Source of the DNA: Prasinococcaceae sp. CCMP 1430
Taxonomy: Eukaryota > Plantae > Prasinodermophyta
Length of the DNA: 45,961 nt
Assembly (NCBI GenBank): GCA_013416795.1
Contig: RQSC01000029.1
Location: forward strand, 229,863 to 275,823
Reading direction: 5' to 3'
Translations under genes and position numbers: made by a program
Shown: positions 8,792 through 19,353 of the stretch, in pieces
Position numbering within the stretch: the first letter of the stretch is position 1
How the letters are laid out: every line of letters begins with the position of its first letter
Notes under the pieces: model-generated
Databases searched by the model: none
What the model was told of the DNA's origin: nothing
Seen by the model: only the letters and a program-made list of their open reading frames with translations

Positions 8792-9636
8792 TGGCGTTTG
8801 TTGTTGGAACTGAGGGGGCTCGAGCGCTTTGGCAGAATGCAATCGTTTTGACCTGGGCTGGGGGCGAGGGGGCGACTGCAATTCGCACGTAAAAATACGT
8901 GAGGACAGCGGACGGCGTCGAGCGCCGTTCGTGCCGCATCTACGAGGGCTGTGGTGCCGATGCTGGTGGCCGTCACTCGCGCTGGGCAGGAGTAGAGGGA
9001 GTCGTCTCGACGGTGTGCTCGCTCTCCCTCGGCCTCCTGCTGCGCAGCCGCAGGAAGAGGGTGGCGGCCACCACGGCGGCGGCGGCAACGCTGGCGGCGA
9101 CGATGCGCCGGCGCTGTGAGGCACGGGAGTCCTCGGAGGCGGGCTCTCGGGAGGAGGAGGCGGTGGACTCGGAGGAGGAGGAGGATGACGAGTCAGGCTC
9201 GGAGGAGGCGGGCTCGGAGGAGGCGGGCTCGGGGGAGACGGTGGAAGGGGTGGAGGGGGCGGGCTCGGAGGAGACGGGCTCGGAGGAGGTGGTGGTGGAG
9301 GAGCAGGGCTCCGGAGAAGAGATGGACGAAAAGGAGGTCGACGGGCGCAAAAGAGGTGCGTGAAAACGCGACCCGTGGACGTACACCCGCCGGGGTCGCG
9401 TCCGCGCGCCACTGCGCGCGCCGCTCGTGCAAAAAACAGCTAGAAAAATGCAGCACGTCCCCTGCAGACACCGCGTGCCCACACGCCACTCCATGTCAGT
9501 GCAGACGTATGTCCAAATCTATCAAATGTAATAAAAACGTCACACAGTCATAACTCTGCGCGCAGGCGTGCATTTCGACATCTGAAGAGTGATACGGCAT
9601 CGTGGAGATCAGCCGCATCCTCTGCTAGCTCAACCC
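8792..9636 (+). repeat. ~850-bp direct segmental duplication, copy 2, immediately upstream of the H+-ATPase
   Basis: Colinear with 6616-7480. Confidence 0.92.
8973..9412 (-). pseudogene. Fragment of Pro/Ser-rich stalk + TM surface-protein gene (copy 2)
   Basis: RGRDPGGCTSTGRVFTHLFCARRPP is in frame with the (SP)n stalk, but the TM segment IVAASVAAAAVVAATLFLRLRSRR is in another frame. Confidence 0.55.
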
Positions 9637-9857
9637 TCTTGCCGAAGGTGAGCGTGGGGCTCCGGCTGGTGCGGACGGCCCCGGGCGGGCCCGGGCGTCG
9701 GGTGGGAAACGCGCGCGCGGCGGCGCCGCCGCGGCACTTCTTGGCATTTCCGCGTACGGGCAGGGCGCACAGGCAGCGGGTGCCGCAGAGGGTGCGCGGG
9801 CGCGCGAGGGGCAGGGAACGGGCCGGGCGCGCGAAAGAGAGGCGCTTTGGGAGGAGA

Positions 9858-12800
9858 ATGGGGTGGTTTGGCCGCGGAGAAGACAAGTCCAATGAGGAAG
9901 GGAAGAGTGGGCAGTCGGGCGCAGAGGAAGTGCAGCTGACTGCGGCGGGCGGCGATGGCGCCAGGGCGAGCGACGAGCACGCGCAGCGCGAGGAGTTGGA
10001 GCCCGTGAAGAAGGCCCTGTCCGTGGTCGTGGAGGACCCAGAGAGCGGAGAAGCGCCGCGCGCGGCCGCGAGCTCCAAGTCGCCGCCCATCAATGGGAGC
10101 TCCACCGTTGGGGCGGGCGCGGACGGGGGCGAGGCGCAGTCCAAGGAGAAGAAGCCCTCCGCCCTGCCCGAGGGCAACACTGAGACTGGAGCAAAGGCGC
10201 CCGACCACCCGCGCGTGGCAGGCAAGACCGATGAGGAGCTCGCTCCTGGCCTGTCGTCTGAAGTGGCCGCGCAGGCACTCCAGGAGGACGGTCCCAACGA
10301 GGTCAAGACCCGCGTGACGCCCGAGTGGTGGAAGATCGTCTCTCGATACCTCGGCATCGTGCCGCTCATTCTCATCATCACGGCGATCCTTTCGGCGGCC
10401 GTGCCCGAGAACTGCACGCAGCGGGAGCTGGCGGGCGGCTGCGTGGACGGCGTCCGCGACTGGCTCTCTTTCGGACTCCTCCTTTTCGAGCTCAACCTGA
10501 TCGTGTTCGTGGACTACTTTTCTGAGCGCAACGCCGGCAACGCCATCGATGCGCTGAAGAAGATGAGCCGCCCGGTGTGCCGTTGCAAGCGCGATGGCGT
10601 TTGGACCGACGTGGCTGTGCCCGAGTTGGTGTGCGGAGACGTGGTCGAGCTCGTCGGCGGCACGGTGGTCCCCGCCGACGGCCGCCTGCTCGGCCCCGGG
10701 GAGCCCATGCTGCTCGACGAGTCGTCCCTGACAGGCGAGGCCCTCGCTGTGACCAAGTTCCCGGGCGACGATGTCCTGAGCGGCGCCGTCGTCGAGCAGG
10801 GCGAGCTCGAGATGGTGGTCACCGCTTGCGGGCCAAACTCGTTCCACGGCAAGACCATCGCTCTCATCGATAGTGTGCAGGAGCAGGGAAACATTCAAAA
10901 GGTGCTCGGCCGCGTCGCGCTCATGATGGTCATCATCGGCGCCATCGGCGTGACGGCCATCTTCTTCGTGATGGTCTTCCGCGACAAGCAGAGCGTGGGC
11001 GACTCTTTCAAGCAGGCCTTCGTCATTCTCGTGAGCGTCATCCCTCTGGGCGCGCCGGTAGTCACCACCACCTGCCTCGCAATCGGCGCACTTGAGCTCT
11101 CGCGAGAGAAGGCGGTGGTGAGCCGCCTGAGCGCCATCGAGGAGATGGCGGGCATGGACATTTTGTGCAGCGACAAGACGGGAACGCTGACCACGAACCA
11201 GCTCATCTTGGACACCGACGAGATCTCGACCCTTACGGACGTCGACCCCAGCTATGTTGTGCTGGTGGCAGCCCTGGCCGCCAAGCAGGAGAACCAGGAC
11301 GCCATCGACAAGGCTGTGTGTGGCGCCCTCACTGACGAGGGGCGCGAGTCGCTCGCTGGGCACACTGTGCACCGCTTCGTGCCCTTCAATCCCGTGGACA
11401 AGCGCACCGAGTCGACGGTCACGGCGCCCGACGGCACCGAGTGGCTCTACTCGAAGGGCGCACCGCACATCATGCGCGACCTCGTTGCCATCACCCACCC
11501 GGACGTGGCGGAGCGCGCCGACGAGATCATCCTCGACAAGGCACAGCGCGGCCTGCGTGCGCTGGGCGTGGCGCGTGCGCGCCTCTCGCCCGGCGCTGTC
11601 GAGGGAGAGCACGACCAGGGCGAGTGGGAGCTACTTGGCATGATCTCCCTGCTGGACCCGCCGCGGCACGACTCAGGAGACACCATCGTCCGCGCCGCGG
11701 AGATGGGCGTCGAGGTCAAGATGATCACCGGTGACCAGCGTGCAATTGGCATCGAGACCGCGCGCAGGCTCAACATGGGGACAGACATCCTTGGCAACGA
11801 GATCTGGGGCGACATGCAGAACCATGACACCGTAGGCGGGCGCACCCTCGGCGAAATCGTCGAGAGCGTGAACGGCTTTGCTGGCGTTTACCCGGAGCAC
11901 AAATTCAAGATCGTCGAGTCGCTGCAGCAGCGGGGACATTTCGTGGGCATGACAGGCGACGGAGTGAACGATGCGCCCGCGCTGAAGCGGGCAAACGTCG
12001 GCATTGCGGTCGACGGCGCCACAGACGCCGCAAAGGGCGCAGCTGACATCCTGCTGAACGCTCCCGGGCTGAGCACCATTGTGACGGCACTCGTACACTC
12101 GCGCATCATTTTCCGCCGTCTCGAGGAGTACATCATCTACCGCATGGGCTCGAGCATGCTCATCCTCATCTTCTTCTTCTTCAGCATCATTGTCGTCGAG
12201 TTCGACTTCCCGACGTGGGCGCTAATCCTGCTGTCGCTCGTCAACGACTTCACGGTCATGGCCACCTCGCTTGACCGCGTGCATCCCAACCGCGAACCCG
12301 ACCACTGGGTGATGTGGAAGCTCCTGCTCATCTCGCTTGTGATCGGTGGCATCTTCGCCGTCGCGGCCCTCCTGCTCGTGTACCTCTCGCTGGAGACCGA
12401 GGTGAACTGGTGGCATATCTGGAACCTGCGCCCACTCAAGCTGCAGGAGACCGTCGCCGTTATCTACGCGCACTTGGGTATCGCAATTCAGCTGAGCATC
12501 TTCTCGGCGCGCAACAGGTCGTTCGCGCTCTGGTTTGGGCCCAACCACAGCCCGCCGCCGAGCCTATACCTCCTGGTCCCCGTGGGCCTCGCTCTGCTGC
12601 TGGCGACGTTCCTTGGAGTGTACTGGCCCGGCGACGTGTCGCTCGGCGGCGGAGTCGCCATGGAGGGCGCGAGTTGTGCGTAAGCGCGCGCTCATGCGCG
12701 CGTGCACGAGGACATGCGCCATGCGCTCCTCCTTGTGCCGCGGCCGCACGCAATGAAAATAGCATGACAGTCTGTACTGACGCGCGCGCGCACCACGCAT

Positions 12801-13386
12801 GCGTGGATGCCCCCCGCCCGCGCCGCTGCCTGTCGCCACTCAAGGGGGGCACATTGGCGTCACGTGGTTTTACACCGTGGTGTGGTGGTTCGTCGCGGAC
12901 CTATTCAAGGTGGGCGTATTCTACGCGCTTTCCAAGGACTCGCACGACGTGCTGTTTGGCCTGCCCCTCGAGAAGAACAACGAGGCGCAGCGCGCAGAGG
13001 AGCTCAAGAAAATGCAAGCGGAGAACCGCAAGGCGCTGTACGAGGCAAGCGGCGACACGCCAGCAGAGCGCCTCGCGTCCGAGATGCGCCAGAGGCCGGA
13101 GGGCTACCTGTCGCAGCGCCCGCACGGCAGCATCGCCGCTGGCGCTGCGGCCTCGCCACTGATGCAGATGAAGGCCGCTGCAGACACAGGCAAGGCGCCA
13201 CGCGTGGCCACCATGCCGCCGGGCGGGTTCGTTGGCAGCAGCGAGACGGCCTCGGCGCAGGGCGCTGCCTACGAGCTTCACAAGCGCGTCACGCGCATCG
13301 AGAGGCGCACCGACGCGCTCGAGGCCGGCGCCGGTCACTTCGACACGCGCATCACTGCGCTCGAGAACAGCAAGAAGAACAAGTGA
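9858..13386 (+). CDS. AHA: Plasma-membrane H+-ATPase (P3A P-type ATPase); exons ~9858-12675 and 12845-13386
   Basis: CSDKTGTLTTN phosphorylation motif, FVPFNPVDKRT, MITGD, GMTGDGVNDAPALKRA, LVNDFTVM (proton-acceptor Asp). Intron 12676-12844 restores MEGAS|WGHIGVTWFY. ATG 9858 is preferred over the track's TTG start. Confidence 0.95.
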
Positions 13387-13616
13387 TTGCACGCGACGGC
13401 GGGCGCCCTGCGCGGTGGTAGCAGGCAGCCGGGGAATGGCGGCATGGCAGTATAGACGGATAGAGGCACACGCGGCCACGCAGAGAGACGACCAAAGAGA
13501 GATGAGGAGAGACGGGTGTTGGGGGGGAGAGAGAGAGCCGCGTCGCGGCGAAGGGGCTATAGCCGACGGGGGGGCTGGGGGGGGAGGCGCTACAGTACCT
13601 AGTGCCAGCGTCTGCG

Positions 13617-13621
13617 TGTAA
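13617..13621 (+). terminator. Candidate UGUAA polyadenylation signal downstream of the H+-ATPase
   Basis: TGTAA ~230 nt after the stop. Similar placements at 16689, 20865 (+) and 20907, 38102, 44358 (-). Confidence 0.4.
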
Positions 13622-14332
13622 GACACTTTGCACACGTGTGCGCCAATTCGCGGGCGCGCATTGCCGCCCGCCGCGCACAGCGCGGCCAGCCAGGTGCGGC
13701 GGGTGGGCGCTGCAGGCTGCTGGGCCTCCGTTCGCCACTGGCATCGCCCCGCCTTTCGCTCGGCCGTCCCCTCGCCGGAGTGCAGCGCAGCGCGCGGCGC
13801 CCGCGTCCTCGCCGCCCCTCCCTGCGCTTCGAGGCGCTTCGACCGGTGCGCGGATGGCCGCCGCTGCCGACACGCACACGCACACGCCGAAAAGGTGGCG
13901 CCCAAACCGCCCGACCAAAAAAGCGCGCAGCCGCGCCAAAAAAACGGCGTGAAAAGGGGAGGCCGCCCCGGAAAACCCCACCGGAAGGCACGCCGGACAG
14001 AGTGCCTTTCGATTGCACCTGTGGCGTGGGTGGACGGGTGCGCGCGCACCCGCCGGTGCGAACGAACGCGTCCTGACGTATGCATACAAATTTTACTGCA
14101 GTTGTGACTGTGCGCGCATCGCCGGCGGCCGAAATATATCGCCGCGCGCGAAAAGCGCGCGCGCAGCAGTGACGCGCGCGCGCGGCGCGCGAGGCGAGGG
14201 GCGCCGCGGTGCAGCTGGACGGTCGGGCCGACGAACCGCAGCAGCGCCCCCGCCACCACCACCACCATCGCCTGTGCCAGCGCCATCGGCCCCGCGAGCG
14301 CGGCCCGGCCGCCGCCGCGCGGCCTCACGGCG

Positions 14333-16540
14333 ATGCAGGCAGACGCGTGGGAGCGCGAGGTGGGGGAGGCCGAGGCGCGCCTGAAGGGGCACGCCAGAGA
14401 GTACGCCAAGCTCGCGCGGCGCGCCCTGCCCTCCAAGCGGGACACGCGTCGCGCGGCCGCGGCCAGGGCGACAGAGCGGCTCGACGGGGAGGCCGAGCGC
14501 GCGCGGGACGGGCAGCGTCGGAAGAAGGGCGCCGAGAAGAGTCGAAAGCCGCCAAGCCCGCGGCGGGAGCGGGCGGTGCGGCGCGCGGTGGCGGCCAGCA
14601 CCGAGCCCGCGGGAGCAGGCACCGCAGGAAGCGCAGCAGGGAGGGACGGAGCGGATGCGAGGAGGCAGGCGGCGACATTGCCCCCCGATGTGCGCAGCGC
14701 AGTCGGCGCGCAGCCCGCGGCGGACTCGCTGTCGTTGCGCGTGTCCTCGCCCGAGGTGCTGCTCAACCACATGGCGGAGCGCTACTCGTCGTCGTCGCGC
14801 ATCGTGATGGAGTTCATCGACAATGCGTTCGACTCCGCCGAGGGGCTGCTAGAGGAGCGCCGCTCGCTGGGCAGCGAGGGCGAGGACGTCTCGGCCGTGC
14901 CGCACTACTCGAGGCCGATCGACATCGACGTGGTCGTCGACCGCGAGCGACGCACCATCCGAGTCACCGACAACTGCGTGGGCATGCCGCGCGATGTGCT
15001 GAGACGCGTCGTGCTCAACGTGGGCGAGAGCCGCAAGCGCGGCTCGTCCTTCCTCAATGGCCAATTTGGCTTCGGCATGCAGGCTTTCCGCGCGTGCTGC
15101 GGCAGCCTCGTGGTGCGCAGCCGCGCCGACCCCGGCGCTCCTGTGCTGGGCATCGCCATCAGCCGCGGCCAGGCCGACGGATTCGAGCTGGAGGAGGTGG
15201 TGGGCTCCGCCGCCGACGCAGCTGTTGGCGCGACGGGCACCGACGTGCTACTCAGCGACTTCGACGAGCAGTGGGTCGACAGCACCTTCGAGGTGGACGC
15301 GATGGCCGCCGAGATCGAGTCGCACTTCGAGCGCCTGCTCGGCCGCGGAAACCTGCGCGTGCGCGTGCGCTGCGCGGCCACGGGCGAGGAGCGCGTGTGC
15401 CGGCCGTTCGACTACGCCGATCCGGCGCTCGACGCGGCAGCGCACGTCGAGCGTGTCTTCACCGTCGCGACGCCAGGATCCAGCGCCGACGCTGTGCCGC
15501 AGACGGTGCGGCTAAGCCTGGCTGTGGTGCGCACCGAGGTGAACGATCGCCAGCCGCGCTTCTTCGTCAACGGCCGGCGCGTGTCCGCCGTGTGTGCCAC
15601 GCGCTCCTTCACGGGCGTGTCGGCCAAGCGCTGGACAGTGTGGGCGCACCCTCTGTTGGTGGGTTACATTGACGTGGACTCGCCGCCGGGCGCTCCACTG
15701 CAGCCAGTCATCACTCGCGACGAATTCAAGCGTACGCGCGGCCGCCGCGCGGCCTTCCAGCGCGTCGTTGACGAGTGCGAGGCCGAGCTTGAGGCCGCGC
15801 TGGAGGGAATCAACAAGGCGCAGAGCGATAAAGACCTCACGGCGCTCGAGGACCTGCTCACGCAGTGCCTTAGCTCGGTGTCCAAGGAGGACAACCGCAG
15901 GCGGCGCAAGAAGCGCACGAGCATGTGGGAGCGCGCTAAGAGGGCGGTCGGCCTGGGCAATGATGACGCCGACGTGCAGGGCATCGAGCCACCAGAGGGT
16001 GGCCTTGCGGCGCTGTGGGCGGGCGTTCTGCCAACCGTGCTCACGGTGGGCGCGCCGGCCGCTGAGGACGACGTTGAAACAGGGGACGACACCAAGGCAG
16101 AAGCTAACACCGCCGATGTGAAGAACATGCAGGGCGGCGGGGCTGCCAAGAAGAGCAATGAGTTTGCGCCTGAGGTGCGGCTCGTGGCGAGCTTGCCCGG
16201 TGAACCCTCGGGGGAGCAGGCTTCGAGCGACACAGGAGGCCGCAGCCGGCTGGCGGGCAACTGCATCTACGTTGCTGTGTCACACCCTGACTTCCAGGAG
16301 CGTCTGCGCAAGAGTCGCCGCGGGCGTGAGAAAATTGACGAGCGCCTGCTTGGCTACTTGAGCACGCTCATTGCGGCGCACTACCGAGAGCGAGAGCTGC
16401 TCAGCGGACGGCTAGAAGACGATACCAACCCGTTCGCGAATATGGTTGACACATACGTCAACCTGGAGGGCCGCCTACGTACGTGCCTGCCTGCGCTGCT
16501 GCGCCAGATTGAGGAGGCAGAGGCGGAGGTCGATGCGTGA
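14333..16540 (+). CDS. Stand-alone GHKL (HSP90/MutL/MORC-like) ATPase with S5-like second domain, single exon
   Basis: EFIDNAFD (N box), IRVTDNCVGM (G1), GQFGFGMQA (G2), GTDV (G3); 735-aa ORF with clean coding composition; TGTAA at 16689. Confidence 0.8.
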   Translation: MQADAWEREVGEAEARLKGHAREYAKLARRALPSKRDTRRAAAARATERLDGEAERARDGQRRKKGAEKSRKPPSPRRERAVRRAVAASTEPAGAGTAGSAAGRDGADARRQAATLPPDVRSAVGAQPAADSLSLRVSSPEVLLNHMAERYSSSSRIVMEFIDNAFDSAEGLLEERRSLGSEGEDVSAVPHYSRPIDIDVVVDRERRTIRVTDNCVGMPRDVLRRVVLNVGESRKRGSSFLNGQFGFGMQAFRACCGSLVVRSRADPGAPVLGIAISRGQADGFELEEVVGSAADAAVGATGTDVLLSDFDEQWVDSTFEVDAMAAEIESHFERLLGRGNLRVRVRCAATGEERVCRPFDYADPALDAAAHVERVFTVATPGSSADAVPQTVRLSLAVVRTEVNDRQPRFFVNGRRVSAVCATRSFTGVSAKRWTVWAHPLLVGYIDVDSPPGAPLQPVITRDEFKRTRGRRAAFQRVVDECEAELEAALEGINKAQSDKDLTALEDLLTQCLSSVSKEDNRRRRKKRTSMWERAKRAVGLGNDDADVQGIEPPEGGLAALWAGVLPTVLTVGAPAAEDDVETGDDTKAEANTADVKNMQGGGAAKKSNEFAPEVRLVASLPGEPSGEQASSDTGGRSRLAGNCIYVAVSHPDFQERLRKSRRGREKIDERLLGYLSTLIAAHYRERELLSGRLEDDTNPFANMVDTYVNLEGRLRTCLPALLRQIEEAEAEVDA

Positions 16541-17091
16541 TGCGCGCAGCAACCAACCAGACATGATCGATGACTTTCGACAACGAAGATACTGGGAATA
16601 GCGCAGCAGCGGAAAGCGCAGAAGTAGACAGACAGACGCATAGGGAGAGCGCCGCGCCACGCCTGGCCCGCCGCGCCTGGCCCGCCGATGTAAGGCAAGT
16701 TAGCCACCCGCAACATCAATCAAGCCACTCACCACCAGTGCCGCAAGTGCCTCCGGGTCATGGCTGGCACGCCTGGTCGGCACGAAGGCTCAACGCGCTG
16801 CGCCTTCTACGAGGCCGCCCATCAGGCCGTCGACGCCGGCTCCAGCCGGGACAGATACGTTCCAGCACCCCCCCCGCTGGCACCCCCCCGCATGCAAAGT
16901 GATATAGGGCGCCGGATTCCAGTGACCTAGTTTCAATGCATCTGGCTTTTTGCGCGGGGCGGCGCGCTTTCTCGCGCCGGCGAATCCCCGCGGCCGGGCC
17001 CGGCGCCGGCAGAGCGCCCGCGCGCGCGGGCGGGGGAAGTGCAGCCAGCGGTGGAGGTGCGGGGGTCGGGGGGAAGGGAGTCGAGGTAGGC

Positions 17092-17134
17092 GACCGCCGC
17101 CTTGCCGTCGCCCACGGTGAGCAGAGCCGCGTCA
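17092..17134 (-). repeat. 43-bp inverted repeat, left arm (pairs with 19020-19062)
   Basis: Reverse complement tgacgcggctctgctcaccgtgggcgacggcaaggcggcggtc matches 19020-19062 with 1 mismatch. Confidence 0.95.
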
Positions 17135-18589
17135 CCAACTCGTTCGAGTACTCGTTCGGTACTGACGAAAATGGCCAGCCCACTGACCTGCGCTCGGACC
17201 TAGTCATCACCGACACCGACACAGGCTACAGACACTGCCTCGACGTCACCTTCACGGATCCGTCTGCCAAGATCAACATGACAGGCGCGAACCCGTCCAC
17301 GGCGGCAGGCCTAGCCACCCCCCGCCCTCCCCGGCGGCGCTCGGCTCGCAATCGCGGCCAGGCCTGCCACGGCGAGGGAGGATGGGACGCCACGCAGTAT
17401 GGCTCGAGCCCAGCAGGGGCTTTGCCGCGAGGCCCGAGGGCCCGCTCCCCCGAGGGGGCGGGTCGCGTCTCCCACGGCCCCACAGGCTCGTGCCACTGCC
17501 CGGTCTGCCGCGAGTCCAAGCCATCTGCCACGGAGCTCCGGGGCCACTGGAACGCCAAGTGCGAGCCGGTCGGCCTCCCGCCCACAGGCTGGAAGGCCGG
17601 CGACCCTGTACCCACACGCCTCCTGCCAGACTTGGCCAGGGCCTGGTGCGACCATCCGGTCCGCCGCCTCACCCCCGCCGAGAAGGCGTCCATGGACGCT
17701 GCCCACCAGTGCCACAAGTGCTTCAGGGCCATGGCTGGCTCGATGGGCCGGCACAAAGGCTCCACGCGCTGCGCCTTCTACGCGGCCGCCCATGAGGCCG
17801 TCGGCGCCGGCGCCAGCCCTTCTGCGGGCCTAGTGGCGACCAACACCGATGCGGCGCCTCCCCAACCCCCGCGCAGGGCGTCCAACTGGGACGCTGGCAT
17901 CCGCTGGCTGGGCACCCTCGACCCGAGCGACCACCTCCACGCGCCGGGGGGGCGCATGACTCTGGACGACTTCCCCAGCAAGCCCTCCGCGGCCCTCTTC
18001 GGGGACTGCGTGGATCTCACACTGGCCCTCTACAAGGACCACCCCACTGAGGCCACCATGCTCCTTCACCTGCTGCCACGCATGCTGCTGGGCCGCCTGT
18101 CGCAGGAGCGCCTGGACCTCACCCCGAGCTCCGCCCCCTACGGTCGCTCATCGAAGCCACCGTCAAGGACCGCTGCAAGCGCTTCCTCGACGACTCTGCC
18201 AACTGGGAACTGCTCCTCAACGAAGCACACGTCGAGCTCGCCACCGCTGCGGCCGAGGCGAAACTGCTGGCAGCTGCACGCGACCCGTGCGCACCCCACG
18301 TCACCAAGAGTGAGGCCGACCGCGCCGACCGCCTGGTCCACAAGCACCAACCCGGCCGCGCGCTCAAGGTCCTCATCGCCCCGCCACTGGCGGACACCTC
18401 CGACCCAGCCGTCCTGCACAAGCTGCGCGAGCTTCACCCGCAGGCAGAGGATGACTACGAGTCGTACGCGTGGCCGCCAGCTCCACCGCCACCTCCCCCT
18501 GACTCCGGTGAGGGCATCGACTGTTCGGTGGAGGGACTCCTACTCGCCTTCGAACACCTCAATCGACTCTGACAAGGTCGTTACCTTCC

Positions 18590-19062
18590 GCCCCCACTCC
18601 GCCTTCCACGGCAAGGAGTCAACCGTGCTACCTCCTCCTCCACTCTCCACCATCACGCACCCGCCTTCCGACGACGAACTGCGGGCGTTCATCTCGCTAC
18701 TGGCGGCTGAGGAGCCCAAGTTGGAGCGGCGGGCGGCGGCAACGAATGGCTCGCAAGGCAGTCAGCAACGCTTCGAGCAGCAGCGCTGCAAGGACGTGGC
18801 ATCGGCTCTTCGCTGCTTACACATCGCTCCGAGGGGCCTTCGCGCCTGCATCGCGTCTGTCAACGGGGCGAGTGGACGCGCCGCCAAAGTGGTCGCGCTC
18901 GCCAAGTCCCAGCAGCGCAAGCTGCGCATGCACGTCCATCCTGACAGGCTCACCGCTGCCCGCAAGGAGGCGCTGGGCGCCGACCTCTTCGACAAGATCG
19001 CCGATGTCAACTGCGTCCTTGATGCGGCTCTGCTCACCGTGGGCGACGGCAAGGCGGCGGTC
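18590..19062 (+). pseudogene. J-domain (DnaJ-like) coding segment embedded in the retroelement
   Basis: ASALRCLHI...LAKSQQRKLRMHVHPDR...LFDKIADVNCVLDAALL: HPD motif with flanking helices. Confidence 0.65.
19020..19062 (+). repeat. 43-bp inverted repeat, right arm
   Basis: tgatgcggctctgctcaccgtgggcgacggcaaggcggcggtc; see left arm. Confidence 0.95.
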
Positions 19063-19353
19063 CGGATGGAGCTGAGGGAAGGGGGGCTGGGGGCGTGGAG
19101 GTGGCGACCGACGCGCGGTCCCCGCCAACTTCCGCAGCAGCAGCAGGGCTTCCCGCTCGGCACCAAGGACTTCGTGGCAGGGGCTCTCGAGAAGAAGGAC
19201 GCGTTGTACTATCGCAAGCTCACCGCCTGCAACCAGTTCTCCGCGTGGGGGCACAACAGCGCAGCGCTCAAGGTACTCCGCACGTGTGTCCACCCCATCA
19301 GCGACTACCTCCTGCGCGGCCTTCGGCGCGCGCGCGGATCGGGAAAGTTATAG

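Noticed and set aside
7944-8976. ORFs spanning the N run
   Set aside because: Artefacts of translating through the gap.
9648-9788. Possible 5'-UTR intron (AAG|GTGAGC...CCGCAG) placing the H+-ATPase first exon inside the duplicated segment
   Set aside because: Good donor, but no CTGAC/CTAAC branch site like those in other introns here; unsupported without transcripts.
9630-11612. 660-aa minus-strand ORF
   Set aside because: Antisense shadow of the H+-ATPase.
14146-14153. E2F-like site (TTTCGCGC on -) upstream of the GHKL gene
   Set aside because: A single 8-mer in CG-repeat-rich DNA; a similar word occurs near 9829, so chance is likely.
16936-19353. 805-aa ORF as one functional protein
   Set aside because: A patchwork: it passes through out-of-frame sections (18122-18570) and out-of-order retroelement fragments.
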